A stretch of DNA of 64,000 nt from Anaeromyxobacter sp. (GCA_016718565.1 JADKCZ010000005.1:238218-302217), one strand, 5' to 3'. Shown: positions 18,897 through 29,245, counted from the first letter of the stretch. Numbers and translations are program-made. The notes: generated by a model from the sequence alone, not told the origin.

Positions 18897-19523
18897 TCAG
18901 GCGGCCGGGAAGGCGCCGGCCGCCAGCCGGCGGGCGTAGGCCCCCACGTCGGGCGGCCAGGCCGCCGTGAGCGCCTCGAAGCGCTCGCCCTGCCCGGCGA
19001 AGAGCGCCCGGGTGGCCTCCTCGTAGCCCGGCAGGTCGCCGGCCAGCGAGGTCATGAGGCGGTAGGCCACCTCCTGGGCGCGCCGCACCCGGTCGCGGCC
19101 CCCGCCCAGCCGGCGGGCCTCCTCGACCAGCCGGCGCAGCGCCACCGAGGCCCCACCCGGCTGGGCGGCGAGCCACTCCCAGTGGCGCGGCAGGAGCGTC
19201 ACCTCGCGCGCCACCACCCCCAGCCTGGGCCGGCCCGGACCGCGCGGCTCGGCCGGGGGTGCCCCCGCCGGCGCCGCCCCGTCGGCCCCAGGGGCCACCG
19301 GCTGGGCCAGCCTGGCCGCGTGGCGGGCCTTCACCTCGGCGGCGCTGCCCCGCAGGTCGAGCTCCACCTGGCGCGCCGTGGCGTCCTCGAAGGCCAGGAG
19401 CGCGGCCCGCTCGCCCCGCTCGAGGGCGCCCCGGGCGGCCAGCGCCACCGTGACCAGGTCGCCCTCGGCGAGGCGGCGGTGGCCGGCGAACAGGGTGCAG
19501 CTGGGGGCGCTGGCGGCGGTCAT
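18897..19523 (-). CDS. Hypothetical protein (DUF2239-like)
   Basis: Non-repetitive 208-aa ORF that sits in a clear gap between flanking genes. Confidence 0.45.
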   Translation of the reverse strand: MTAASAPSCTLFAGHRRLAEGDLVTVALAARGALERGERAALLAFEDATARQVELDLRGSAAEVKARHAARLAQPVAPGADGAAPAGAPPAEPRGPGRPRLGVVAREVTLLPRHWEWLAAQPGGASVALRRLVEEARRLGGGRDRVRRAQEVAYRLMTSLAGDLPGYEEATRALFAGQGERFEALTAAWPPDVGAYARRLAAGAFPAA

Positions 19524-19704
19524 GGTGGGCTCCTGGGCGCCCGGGCTGGCCGGGCGCTCCAGGTTTTACCCGGGTCAAACGTCGGCGTCAATTCCACCCG
19601 GATGAAACGGTGGCGCGGGCGGCCCCGCTGGCCCGGTCCACCGGACGCCCGGGCGAGGCTGGAGGGGGCGACTCCGGGTCCGTCCGCTCGCGTAGGATGC
19701 GCCG

Positions 19705-21681
19705 GTGCTCCTCCCCATCGGGCTCGACAACGCGCGGGTCAGCCGCCTGCCCTGGGTCACCATCACGCTGCTGGTGCTCAACGTGCTGGCCTTCGTGGGC
19801 TCGGCGCTCGCCGCCGACGACGACGCCCTGGCGGCCCGCTGGCACGAGCTGGCCACCTACTGGCAGGCGCACCCGTGGCTGGAGCCCCCGGAGGCGCTGC
19901 GCCCCCTGCAGCCGCGGCCCGCCGAGGCGGACGAGCCCGGCGAGGTGGAGGCGACCGCCGCGCCGCAGCGTCCGGCGCCCCCCGCGGGCGTCGACCTCGA
20001 GCCGCAGCGGCGCGCGCTGGCCGGCCTGGCGGAGGCCTACCTGGCCGAGCGGGAGGCGCAGCCGCGGCGGCGCTTCGCGCTCGTGCCGGCGCGCGGCCCG
20101 TGGCAGGTGGGGTGGCTGACGCACCTCTTCATGCACGCCGACCTGGAGCACCTGCTCGGGAACATGCTGCTCTTCCTGCTGGTGGTGGCGCCCTTCCTGG
20201 AGGACGCGTGGGGCGGCGGGTTCTTCCTGGCCTTCTACCTGGGCGGCGGCCTGGTGGCGGCGCTGGCGCAGGTGCTGCCGAAGGGCGCGTCGGAGGTGGG
20301 GCTGATCGGCGCCTCCGGCGCCATCTCCGCGTGCCTGGGGGCCTTCGCGGTGCGCTTCGCCCACCGCAAGGTGCGCATCTTCTACTGGTTCTTCCTCCTG
20401 GTGCGCGGCACCTTCTTCGTCCCCTCCTGGGCCTACGCGCTGGCCTTCGCCTCCATGAACCTGTGGGCCCTCTCGCTGACCGGGACCACCGGCCCGGTGG
20501 CCTTCGCCGCCCACGTGGGCGGGTTCGCCTTCGGCCTGGGGGTGGTGCTGGTGATGCGGGCCACCCGCCTGGAGGACCGGCTCTCGCCGGAGGGGGCCAC
20601 CCGCTGGCGTGGCCACATGGGCCACGACCGCGCCGCCGAGGCCCTGGCCGCCGGCGACCTGGCCGGTGCCCGGCAGCGGCTCCAGGAGGTGGTCCAGCAG
20701 CGCCCCGACGATCAGGTGGCGCTCCTCGAGCTCGCCCGCATGGACGCGGCCCGCCTCGACGCGGTGGAGGCCACGCCGCGGGTGGAGCGGCTGGTGCTGC
20801 TGCGGCTGGCGGCCGGAGACGAGGCGGGTGCCCGGGCGCTGGCGGCCGAGCTGGGCCAGGTGACCCGGCCCGACCTCCTCCGGCCTGCCTCGGCCTACCG
20901 GCTGGGCGAGCTCGTGGAGCCGGCCGAGCCGGAGCGGGCGGCCCGGCTCTTCCAGGCGGCGGCGCGCGGCGACGGCGCGCTGGTGGGCAAGGCGGCGCTG
21001 CGGGCGGCGCTGCTGCTGCGCGACACCCGGCCCGCCGAGGCCCTGGAGCTGGCCGAGCAGGCGGCCGCCTCGGCCGAGGCGCCGCCGCCGCTGGCCGCGC
21101 AGGCGCAGGCCCTGGCGGTGGAGCTGGCCGCCGCGCTGGCCCGGGCCGACCCGTTCGCCGGTGGCCTGGCGCTCGAGCCGGAGGCGCCGGCGGCGGACGC
21201 CCTGGGGGCCGCCGAGCCGGTGCGCCTGGTGCGCTGCCGCCTGGCCGGGGTGGACGAGGGCGGCCTCGACCTGGTCACCGCGGAGGGGCGGCGCGCCCGC
21301 GTCGAGGCGGGGCGGCTGGCCGCGGTGGCCTGCGGCCTCGTGCCGGGGACGGCGGCGCCCGGCGCCACGGCGCCGCCCCGTCCCACCGTGCTGGTGGACC
21401 TCCTGCTCCACCCGCGCCCCGGCGAGCCGCGCGTGGTGCTGCGGCTGCCGGGCCAGGGACTCGACCTGGCCCGCCTGGCCCCGGGCGTGCCCCCCGCCGA
21501 GGCCTTCGCCCGGCTGCTGGGCCGCCTGCTCGAGACCAGCCGGGCCCGCGCCATCCCGGATCGCGCCGCGGTGCTGGGGCAGGCCTTCGCCCGCTTCGCC
21601 GACGCCGAGACCTTCGAGCGGGCCGCCTGGGGGCGGAGGCTCGAGCCAGCGGCGCCTGCCGGGACGGCGCCCGGAACCTAG
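19705..21681 (+). CDS. Rhomboid-family intramembrane serine protease with a long C-terminal TPR-like soluble extension
   Basis: GASGAISACLG (catalytic Ser) and AHVGGFAFG (catalytic His). Six TM helices in the first ~300 aa, followed by a ~350-aa Ala/Leu-rich helical-repeat region. Confidence 0.85.
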   Translation: MLLPIGLDNARVSRLPWVTITLLVLNVLAFVGSALAADDDALAARWHELATYWQAHPWLEPPEALRPLQPRPAEADEPGEVEATAAPQRPAPPAGVDLEPQRRALAGLAEAYLAEREAQPRRRFALVPARGPWQVGWLTHLFMHADLEHLLGNMLLFLLVVAPFLEDAWGGGFFLAFYLGGGLVAALAQVLPKGASEVGLIGASGAISACLGAFAVRFAHRKVRIFYWFFLLVRGTFFVPSWAYALAFASMNLWALSLTGTTGPVAFAAHVGGFAFGLGVVLVMRATRLEDRLSPEGATRWRGHMGHDRAAEALAAGDLAGARQRLQEVVQQRPDDQVALLELARMDAARLDAVEATPRVERLVLLRLAAGDEAGARALAAELGQVTRPDLLRPASAYRLGELVEPAEPERAARLFQAAARGDGALVGKAALRAALLLRDTRPAEALELAEQAAASAEAPPPLAAQAQALAVELAAALARADPFAGGLALEPEAPAADALGAAEPVRLVRCRLAGVDEGGLDLVTAEGRRARVEAGRLAAVACGLVPGTAAPGATAPPRPTVLVDLLLHPRPGEPRVVLRLPGQGLDLARLAPGVPPAEAFARLLGRLLETSRARAIPDRAAVLGQAFARFADAETFERAAWGRRLEPAAPAGTAPGT

Positions 21682-22724
21682 AGCGGCGGCGACACGTACA
21701 CGGCGCTGGCGCTGGCCGGCGCCGCCGCGGCCGCACCGCAGTCGCTGTTCCCGAACAGGTAGAGCCGGCGCCCCACCACCGCGCCCTGGTACAGCGGCGA
21801 CGCGGCGGCCGGCAGCTGGGCCAGGGCCGACCACGGGCCGGGCTGCCCGTCGGCCTGCGGCGTGCTCGCCACCACCTCGCGGGAGCCCCCCAGCGCCACC
21901 ACCAGCCGGCCCGACACCACCGTGAGGTGCGGGAAGCTCACGGCGGCGGGGAGCTGGCTGGTGGACTCCACCCAGGCGCCGAGCGTGTGGTCCGCCGCCA
22001 CCGGCGCCACCCAGAGCCGGGTGCCGCCGCCGGGCAGCAGGTAGGCCCGCCCACCCAGGAAGACCAGGCCGGCGTTGAGCGTCGGCGTGGGCATGGTGGA
22101 GGCCTCGAACCAGCCGGTGGGCTCCCCGGTGGTGGCGTCGAGCGGCGAGGCGTAGAGCGCCTGGCTCACGTTGGGCGAGGCCGAGATGTTGAGCCCGCCC
22201 CCGGCGTAGAGGACGCCGTCCCGGGCCGCCACCAGCGGGGCCGAGCCGATCCAGCCGGGCGCGGGATTGGCCGCCGCGGTCCAGGCCGAGAGCGTGCCGT
22301 CGGTGGCCGCCCGGGCGAGCCAGACCGCGCCGTCCCAGCTCGGGCCGTTCCTGGCGCCGCCGGCCGTGTAGATGAAGCCGTTGGCCACCGCCACGCCCCC
22401 CAGCGACCGGTTGAATCCGCCGGGCCCGGTCTCGCCCTCGGCCCAGGCGCCCAGCGTGCCGTCGGCGGCCACGGCGGCGCGGAAGACCCGGCCGTCGCTC
22501 CGGCCGGTGTTGCACGCGGCCGAGTCGACGTAGCCGTTGAAGAGGTAGACGTGGCCGTTGCCGGGGGCGGCCGCCACCGCGTTGATGCGCGGCGAGAGGA
22601 GCGCGGCCGAGGCCTGCCACGCCCCGCCCTCCTCCGACCCAGACCCGCCCCCACAGCCGGCAGCGGCGAGCGAGGTCACGAGCCCGATCCAGACGCACCA
22701 ACCCTGCGAGCGCATCCCGTTCAT
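21678..22724 (-). CDS. Kelch-like beta-propeller lipoprotein
   Basis: RBS GGAGGGAG precedes the ATG (complement 22722-22724). Lipobox LAAAGCGG. Repeated blade motifs such as G(H/R)VYLFNGY, GFIYTAGG, DGVLYAGGG and GRLYLFGN. Confidence 0.6.
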   Translation of the reverse strand: MNGMRSQGWCVWIGLVTSLAAAGCGGGSGSEEGGAWQASAALLSPRINAVAAAPGNGHVYLFNGYVDSAACNTGRSDGRVFRAAVAADGTLGAWAEGETGPGGFNRSLGGVAVANGFIYTAGGARNGPSWDGAVWLARAATDGTLSAWTAAANPAPGWIGSAPLVAARDGVLYAGGGLNISASPNVSQALYASPLDATTGEPTGWFEASTMPTPTLNAGLVFLGGRAYLLPGGGTRLWVAPVAADHTLGAWVESTSQLPAAVSFPHLTVVSGRLVVALGGSREVVASTPQADGQPGPWSALAQLPAAASPLYQGAVVGRRLYLFGNSDCGAAAAAPASASAVYVSPPL

Positions 22725-22968
22725 GGTGCTCCCTCCAGTCAGCCGGTTCTTCTGGTCGATCGTCCGCTCGCCGCCCAGCTGCGGCGGCAGGATCTTGGGT
22801 GCCGACCTGAGGTGGGCCGCGCGGCGGCGCGCCACGGCCCCGACCCGGACGAGCCGTTGAACCCTGGGCAGGGGACACGACTGCGCCCGCGTGGCCAGGC
22901 GGCGGCCCGCCTGGACTCCGGGCGCGGCCCGGGTACACTGCCTGTCCGGATCCCTGGAGGGGGACACC

Positions 22969-24327
22969 ATGCGCCACCTGCTGGCCCCGCGGCTGCTCGC
23001 CGCAGCCCTCGCGCTCTCGGCCTCGCCGGCCGCGCGCGCCGGGACGTTCGACGAGGGCGGACGCAAGACCACCCGCCAGGAGCTCTCGGTGGAGGTGGAG
23101 CGGCTGGAGCTCCAGAACGGCCTGGTGGTCCTGCTGGCGCCGGACCCGGCCGTCGCCAGCGTGGCCGTCTGGATGAGCTTCGGCGCGGGCGCCATCCACG
23201 AGCCGCCCGGCCGGAGTGGACTGGCCCACCTGGCCGAGCACCTCATGTTCTCCGGCCCCACGCCGGAGACCGACTACCAGGCCCTGCTGGAGGGGCGGCG
23301 CGCCCGCCACCTCAACGCCAGCACCGGCTACGACGCCATGATCTTCCAGGTGGTGCTGCCGGCCGAGGAGCTGCCGGCGGCGCTGTGGGTCATGGCCGAC
23401 CGGCTGGGCACCCTGCCCGGGCTGGTGGACGACGTCCAGGTGGAGCGGCATCGGCGGGTGGTGCTCGAGGAGCGGGCCATCCGCGCGGTGGACGAGCCCT
23501 ACGGCCTGGTCGGCGAGCAGCTCCTGCGGCGGCTCTACGCGGCGCCCCACCCGCTGCACGCCGGGGTGATCGGCGCGCCGGCCCAGCTGGCCGCCGTCAC
23601 GGGCGGCGAGGTGCGGGCCTTCGTGGCCGAGCGGCTGGTGCCGGCCAACGCGGTCCTGGCGGTGGTCGGGCGCTTCGACCCCGCCGAGGCGCGCCGGCTG
23701 GTGGAGGACGGGCTGGGCCGCCTGCCGGGCGGGCGACGCTCCCGCCCGCCGCCCCTCCCGCCGCCCTCCGAGGAGTACGTGGACCAGCGGGCCGAGCCGC
23801 TCTCGCGCGAGCCCCGCGTCACCATGGCCTGGCGGTTCCCGGGCATGCCCCACGCCGACGCCGTGGCGCTGGAGCTGGGCGGACAGCTCCTCACCCTGCT
23901 CACCGACGGCGCCTGGGGCATGCGCGTCTCGGCCGGCCTGCACGAGTACGTCGGCGAGACCACCTTCCGGATGGACCTCACCGTGCCCTACGACGAGCCG
24001 ATGGCCGCGCTGCACCGCGACGCCGACGGCTTCCTGCGGATGCTGACGGTGCGCGAGATGCCGGTGGAGCACCTGCTGACGGCCAACCTGCTCCTCGATC
24101 GGCGGGCGCTCTTCGACCTGGACACGCTGGAGGGGCGCGCCGGGGCGCTGGTCCACTTCGAGCGGTTCGGCGGGGCCCGCCTCACCGTGGGCGACCACCT
24201 CTCCTGGCACTGGAAGCTGGACCGGATGGTGGTGCGCGACGCGGCCCGCGTCCACCTGCGCCAGCCCAAGGTGGTGATGCACGCCCGGCCGACCCGCCCC
24301 AAGCCGGCCCGCCTGGAGCGCGAGTGA
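22969..24327 (+). CDS. M16 (pitrilysin) family zinc peptidase, active subunit
   Basis: RBS GGAGGGGG. Signal peptide. HLAEHLMF inverzincin HxxEH motif. Confidence 0.85.
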   Translation: MRHLLAPRLLAAALALSASPAARAGTFDEGGRKTTRQELSVEVERLELQNGLVVLLAPDPAVASVAVWMSFGAGAIHEPPGRSGLAHLAEHLMFSGPTPETDYQALLEGRRARHLNASTGYDAMIFQVVLPAEELPAALWVMADRLGTLPGLVDDVQVERHRRVVLEERAIRAVDEPYGLVGEQLLRRLYAAPHPLHAGVIGAPAQLAAVTGGEVRAFVAERLVPANAVLAVVGRFDPAEARRLVEDGLGRLPGGRRSRPPPLPPPSEEYVDQRAEPLSREPRVTMAWRFPGMPHADAVALELGGQLLTLLTDGAWGMRVSAGLHEYVGETTFRMDLTVPYDEPMAALHRDADGFLRMLTVREMPVEHLLTANLLLDRRALFDLDTLEGRAGALVHFERFGGARLTVGDHLSWHWKLDRMVVRDAARVHLRQPKVVMHARPTRPKPARLERE

Positions 24328-25832
24328 GCCGCCCGCCCCGCCCCGGCCGGCCGGCCCTCCTCCTGGCGCTGGCCGCCCTGGCCCTGGCGGCGCCCCGCGC
24401 CGGGGCCGCCCTGCCCGCCGCGTCGCCCACCCTGCCCGCCGCGCCGGCCGCCCCCTGGCAGGCCACCGCGCCGCCGCCGGCCCTGGCGCCAGCCCCGGCG
24501 CCGGCGCCGCCGGCCCGCGAGCTCCTCCTGCCGAACGGCCTGCGGGTGGTGGTGGTGGAGCACCACCGGCGCCCGCTGGTGGTGGTCGACCTGCTGCTGG
24601 CCCGCGGCACCCTGCTCGACCCGCCGGAGGTGGGCGGCGCCGCGGCCCTGGCGGTGCGCCTGGCCGGCGACTTCCACGAGGTCTCCGAGACCGGCGAGGA
24701 GCTGGTGGAGGAGAAGTCCTTCCGCCGCCAGCTCATCGAGCTGGGTGGCGTGGCCCACTTCGAGGCCCAGGCCGACCTGGCCAGCGCCAGGCTGGCGGGC
24801 TACGCCCGCGACACCGGCGCCTACCTGCGGCTGCTGGCCGGCGCGGTGCAGGAGCCCCGCCGCGGCGAGCGGTCCTTCAAGGCGCGGCGCGACGGCTTCC
24901 TCGACGCGCTGGAGGACCTCCGGTCGTCCGACCCCGAGGCGCTGGAGCGGACGGTGGTCGAGGCCGCCTTCGGGGTCGGGCACCCGTACGCCCGCTCCGA
25001 GATCGGCACCCACGCCAGCCTGACCGCCATGGGGCTGGAGCAGGTGGTGGAGCTGCAGCGGCAGCTCTTCGTGCCGGAGGGCGCCACGCTGCTGGTGGTG
25101 GGCGACGTCGCGGCCAGCCGGGTCTTCGCCGAGGCCCGCCGGGCCTTCGGCGCCTGGGAAGGGCGCGCCGCGCCGGCGCCGGTGGTGGGCGCCACCCGCG
25201 CCCCGACGCGGCGCCAGCCGGTGGGGCTGCTCAGGCGGGAGCCGGCCAGCACCCTCGTCACCTGCGCCACCCGCCCGCTGGGCGGGGTGCGGGCCAGCGA
25301 CGGCGCGCTGGAGGTCCTGGCCACCCTGCTGGGACAGGGGGGCGGCAGCCGGCTCTCCCTGGCGCTGCGCGACCAGGCGGGCCTCACCTACGACGCCAGC
25401 GCCATGCTGGTGCGGCGCCGCCACGCCCGCGCCTTCGTGGCCTGCTCGGCGTTGGCCGCCGATCGGGCCGGCCAGGGGCTGCGGCTCTTCCGGGAGACGC
25501 TGGAGGCGGCCCGGACCCGGGCACCCGTCGCGGCCGAGGTGGCCCGGGCCAAGGCCCTGCGGCTGGCCCAGCTGGAGGGCGCCTGGGACGACGCCGACCG
25601 CATCGCCCAGACCTGGCGGGAGGCCATCGCCCTGGGCACGCCGCGCCCCAGCCTCGAGCGGAGGCGGGCCGAGATCGAGCGGGTCACGGTGGACGACCTG
25701 GCCCGGCTGGCGCAGGAGGTGCTGCGCCCCGAGACCATCCGCTGGGTCGTCTCCGGCGAGCGCCTCGTCGCGGCCAGCGCCACCGCCGCCAACGGCCTGG
25801 GCCCGCCCGCCGCGCTGGTCGTCGGCCGGTGA
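24324..25832 (+). CDS. M16 peptidase-like protein, non-catalytic partner subunit
   Basis: GTG start overlaps the upstream TGA (GTGA). Signal peptide. M16 fold-like length and position, without an HxxEH motif. Confidence 0.75.
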   Translation: MSRPPRPGRPALLLALAALALAAPRAGAALPAASPTLPAAPAAPWQATAPPPALAPAPAPAPPARELLLPNGLRVVVVEHHRRPLVVVDLLLARGTLLDPPEVGGAAALAVRLAGDFHEVSETGEELVEEKSFRRQLIELGGVAHFEAQADLASARLAGYARDTGAYLRLLAGAVQEPRRGERSFKARRDGFLDALEDLRSSDPEALERTVVEAAFGVGHPYARSEIGTHASLTAMGLEQVVELQRQLFVPEGATLLVVGDVAASRVFAEARRAFGAWEGRAAPAPVVGATRAPTRRQPVGLLRREPASTLVTCATRPLGGVRASDGALEVLATLLGQGGGSRLSLALRDQAGLTYDASAMLVRRRHARAFVACSALAADRAGQGLRLFRETLEAARTRAPVAAEVARAKALRLAQLEGAWDDADRIAQTWREAIALGTPRPSLERRRAEIERVTVDDLARLAQEVLRPETIRWVVSGERLVAASATAANGLGPPAALVVGR

Positions 25833-25845
25833 AGCGGCCCGGCCC

Positions 25846-26427
25846 CTACAGCGGGAACTTCAGGCCGACGTTGAGGTAGAGGGCGCGGGAGGCCCCGACG
25901 TCCACGGTCTTGAGCGTGCTCAGGTCGGTGAGCGACCACTCGGAGCTGAGGTCGGCGAAGAGGAAGGCCAGGTCGAGGCCGACGCCGGCGACCACCCCGT
26001 AGGTCGGGTCCTCCAGGTCGCCCCTGGAGAGACCGCGGCCGTCCACCGCGGTGACGAAGAAGGCGGAGGCGCCGCCGAAGGCCCGCACCGAGAGGAACCC
26101 GCGGGCGTCGCCGATCAGGTGGTAGCCGACCACGACCGGGACGCGCAGGCCGGTCAGCCCGTCGAAGTCCACCCCGTGCGAGGCCGCGGTGATGGTGGTG
26201 CTCTTGCGCGCGTAGAAGGCCCCGGCCTCGAGGTAGAGCAGCTCGCCGAGCAGCGCGGTGCCGCCGGCCTGCCAGCCGACCTTGCCGGAGGCCTGCCCGC
26301 TCTGGGGATCCCGCGTCACGTCCGAGAAGGTGACCCCCGCCGCCGGCTTGAGCGTGAGCTGGGCGGCCGCGGCGCCGGGCGCGAGGGCGAGGGCGAGCAG
26401 GAGGAGCGCGGCGTGGGTGCGGTGCAT
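25846..26427 (-). CDS. Small outer-membrane beta-barrel protein (OmpW/OmpA-like porin family)
   Basis: RBS GGAGA. Signal LLLLALALAPGAAAA. Alternating beta-strand pattern. C-terminal ...VGLKFPL. Confidence 0.65.
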   Translation of the reverse strand: MHRTHAALLLLALALAPGAAAAQLTLKPAAGVTFSDVTRDPQSGQASGKVGWQAGGTALLGELLYLEAGAFYARKSTTITAASHGVDFDGLTGLRVPVVVGYHLIGDARGFLSVRAFGGASAFFVTAVDGRGLSRGDLEDPTYGVVAGVGLDLAFLFADLSSEWSLTDLSTLKTVDVGASRALYLNVGLKFPL

Positions 26428-26573
26428 GGTGGTCTCCGGTGGGCCGGTGCAGCAGGGGGGCACCTCGGTGACCCTCGGCGGCCACCGGATGCGACCGGGC
26501 GCCGGCCCGGCTCCCCAAGAGGGCGGCGGCGGCAGGCCCCCCGAGGGCCGCGGCGTGCCGGACCCTCCCCGCC

Positions 26574-27848
26574 TCAGTTGACGCAGACCAGCCGCAGGTC
26601 GATGGCGTCCCCCAGCCCGAGCCGGCAGCCGTTCTGGAACGTCAGCTGGGCGGGCCGGCCGAAGCGCGGCGGGGCGTAGACGGCGTCGGCGGCGGCCGCG
26701 CCGGCGGACCCTTCCTCGGCCACCTGGCAGGCCACCGTGCCTCCGCCCGCCCGGGTCAGCGAGACCACCAGCATGTGCCAGTCGGCCGGAGCGCCCTGCA
26801 GGGGCAGCGACGAGGGCATCAGGATCTCGGCGAAGCCCGCCAGCGTGTCGGCGAAGCTGGCGTCGCAGATGGACCCCAGCCGCATGCGGGCGCCGCCCAC
26901 CGCCTCGAGCAGCGCGGCGAAGCGGTCGCCCTTGTCGAAGGCGGTGCCGCAGGCCGTGTTGACGCCGGCGCACTGCGGCTCGCCGCAGGAGGGGGCCAGG
27001 CTGGCGGGATCGAACCCGGCGATGACGCCCACCGCCACGTCGCGCAGCTCGCCGTCCAGCGGGCCGAAGAGGAAGGAGGCCAGGTCCTCGGGCGGGTCGA
27101 GCACCGGCGGCTCGGCCCCCTTGACGGCCGGGTCGTGGCACTCGGGGTTGGAGGCGGCGCGCGGCTCGGCCGAGTCGGAGCAGTCGTCCTCGTCGGTGAC
27201 GAAGATCACGGCCAGCCGGGCCCCGGGGCGCAGGAACCCGGCGTTGGCGTCGCGCAGGCGGTCCGAGAGGGCCAGCCGCGCGGCGCGGAAGGGCTGCTCC
27301 TTGCCGGTGCCGCGGACGCCCAGCAGCACGTTGGCCCTGAAGTCCCTGGCCAGCCCCGCCAGCGCCGCGGGCGAGGCGCCCTTGTCGAGGACGCGGGCCC
27401 CGCCCCAGCCGCCGGTGGCCGCGTAGGTGGCGGCGTCGTACACCAGGTCGCCCGCCAGGCCGTCGCCGCCGGCGTCCTGCGCCACGGCCACCAGCGCGCC
27501 GTCCGGGTAGGGCACGCCGGCGGCCGGCCCGGCGCCGTAGGCCTGGCCGGCGGTGGCGCCGGCGCCGAAGCCCTCCACCGAGGTGGAGGTGACCCCGATG
27601 CGGAAGTCGTTCTGCACCGGCGAGGCGATGAGGGTGTCGATGAAGACCCCCAGGTTGTCGCGCAGGGTGGCCTGCTCCTCCGCCATCGACTGGGAGTCGT
27701 CGATGACGAAGAGGATGTCGGTGGCCACGGCGTCGGGCAGCACCTGCGTCGCGGCGCAGTCCTCGACCGCGCCGGCGGGGACGGCGCCGCAGCCGCAGCC
27801 GGGGAGCGCGGCCAGGGCGCCGAGGAGCAGGAGGGTGGCGGTGCGCAT
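26574..27848 (-). CDS. von Willebrand factor A (VWA) domain lipoprotein
   Basis: RBS AGGAGA. Lipobox LPGCGC. MIDAS motif DDSQSM. A Cys-rich C-terminal region. Confidence 0.75.
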   Translation of the reverse strand: MRTATLLLLGALAALPGCGCGAVPAGAVEDCAATQVLPDAVATDILFVIDDSQSMAEEQATLRDNLGVFIDTLIASPVQNDFRIGVTSTSVEGFGAGATAGQAYGAGPAAGVPYPDGALVAVAQDAGGDGLAGDLVYDAATYAATGGWGGARVLDKGASPAALAGLARDFRANVLLGVRGTGKEQPFRAARLALSDRLRDANAGFLRPGARLAVIFVTDEDDCSDSAEPRAASNPECHDPAVKGAEPPVLDPPEDLASFLFGPLDGELRDVAVGVIAGFDPASLAPSCGEPQCAGVNTACGTAFDKGDRFAALLEAVGGARMRLGSICDASFADTLAGFAEILMPSSLPLQGAPADWHMLVVSLTRAGGGTVACQVAEEGSAGAAAADAVYAPPRFGRPAQLTFQNGCRLGLGDAIDLRLVCVN

Positions 27849-27868
27849 GGGCAGGTCTCCTGTGGGTC

Positions 27869-28504
27869 TCAGCGCTCGAGGCGCGCCTGCTTCTCGCCGG
27901 CCAGCCGCTCCAGCACCCCGGCCGCCGCGGCCCGGGCCTCGGCGCCCGCGCCGGCGTCCTTCAGCGTGGCCGCCGCCTGGAGCAGCAGGGCGCGCTCGCC
28001 CGCCTCCCGCCGCCGCAGCGCCTCCACCATGCCGGCCACGTCGCCGGCCAGCGCCACCAGGAGGTCGCGGGTGCGCAGCGGCCGCGGGGGCCGCAGCGCC
28101 CCCTCGGCCACCTCGCGGCAGGTGCGGCCGATGGCGAAGGCCGGGCCGGCGATCCGGTGGGTGATGACCACCGCCGCCAGGAGCAGCAGCAGCAGCACCC
28201 CGGCCAGGGCCGCGGCCACCAGCACGATGCGCCCGCGGTCCTCGGCGGCCAGCGCCCGGGCGATGGACTCCCCGGCGTCGGGGTCGCCGAGGGCGATGAC
28301 CCGGCTGGTCTCCTGCCAGGCCCGCAGGAGGAGCCAGCCGAGGCCGAGGCACAGGAGCAGCGCCACCGCCACCAGGTAGCTGGCCAGCCTGAGCTGCAGC
28401 GCGCCGTCGACCAGGTAGTTGCGGATGCGCCGGTGGCTGCGGCCGCCGCGCGCCTGGGCGGGGGCGGGGGCCGTGGCGGGGCCGGGCTGGGCGGCGTGGT
28501 CCAT
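27869..28504 (-). CDS. Two-TM membrane protein with a HAMP-like linker
   Basis: Two hydrophobic helices (LVAVALLLCLGLGWLLL and IVLVAAALAGVLLLLLLAAVVI) followed by an amphipathic coiled segment. A 21-nt gap separates it from the VWA gene. Confidence 0.5.
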   Translation of the reverse strand: MDHAAQPGPATAPAPAQARGGRSHRRIRNYLVDGALQLRLASYLVAVALLLCLGLGWLLLRAWQETSRVIALGDPDAGESIARALAAEDRGRIVLVAAALAGVLLLLLLAAVVITHRIAGPAFAIGRTCREVAEGALRPPRPLRTRDLLVALAGDVAGMVEALRRREAGERALLLQAAATLKDAGAGAEARAAAAGVLERLAGEKQARLER

Positions 28505-28516
28505 GGCTGTCCCCTC

Positions 28517-29245
28517 TTACCGCCGTCCGAGGCGGGTCGCGAGCTCCTCACACGGCCCCCGGGCGGCTGCGTCCACCACCGTGGCGGCCACGGCGGCCAG
28601 CCGCGCCTCCGGCAGGGCGCCCGTCACCGTGGCCCGGGCGCTGCCCTCCAGGAGGTCGAGCCGGCCGTCGCCGTCGACGGCGGCCAGCGACACCGTGGCG
28701 GACACCACGGTCCGCTCGCCGCCCGCCTCCACCGCCACCTTCACCGTCACCGCCGGCCGGACCCGCACCTCGCCTGGCCCGGTGAGCGGCAGGCCGAGCC
28801 GCGCCAGGTGGCCCTGCAGCGCCTGCCGGGCCACGGCGCGCGCCGAGGGGGTGCCGGTCGGCTCCTCCAGGGCGAGGGTCACCGGGCCGAGGCCGGCCAG
28901 GGCGCGGGTCGCGGCGGCGCGCACGGCGGGGTCGGGGTCGGCCTGGGCGGCGGCCTGCAGGGTGGGCCGGGCCACCTGGGCGCCCATCCTGGCGAGCGCG
29001 CCCACCGCGGCCAGGCGGACCGCGGCGGCGCGGTCCTCGGCCACCGCCTGGCGCAGCGCCGGCACCGCCTCGAGGGCGCCGCGCTGCCCGAGCAGGATGG
29101 CCGCCTGGGTCCGCACCTTGAGCGAGTCGTCGCGGCGCAGCGCGCCCACCGCGGCCTCCACCGGCGACCCGGCGCGCGCCGGGGGCGCGAGCCCCACGGC
29201 CAGCGCCAGGGCGAGGAGGCGGCGGCGCGTGGACGGGTGGATCAC
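28517..29245 (-). CDS. Secreted HEAT-repeat (PBS-lyase HEAT-like) protein
   Basis: GTG start overlaps the OmpA-gene TGA (GTGA). Signal peptide RRRLLALALAVGLAPPARA. Repeats VRTQAAILLGQRGALEAVPAL, AVRLAAVGALARMG and DPAVRAAATRALAGLG. Confidence 0.55.
   Translation of the reverse strand: MIHPSTRRRLLALALAVGLAPPARAGSPVEAAVGALRRDDSLKVRTQAAILLGQRGALEAVPALRQAVAEDRAAAVRLAAVGALARMGAQVARPTLQAAAQADPDPAVRAAATRALAGLGPVTLALEEPTGTPSARAVARQALQGHLARLGLPLTGPGEVRVRPAVTVKVAVEAGGERTVVSATVSLAAVDGDGRLDLLEGSARATVTGALPEARLAAVAATVVDAAARGPCEELATRLGRR

Noticed and set aside
19182-25832. 2216-aa six-frame ORF
   Set aside because: It spans several convergent and divergent real genes (rhomboid, Kelch, the M16 pair). Its composition is Arg/Ala/Gly/Pro-rich, which is typical of a spurious high-GC frame. 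Only the 24324-25832 part is real.
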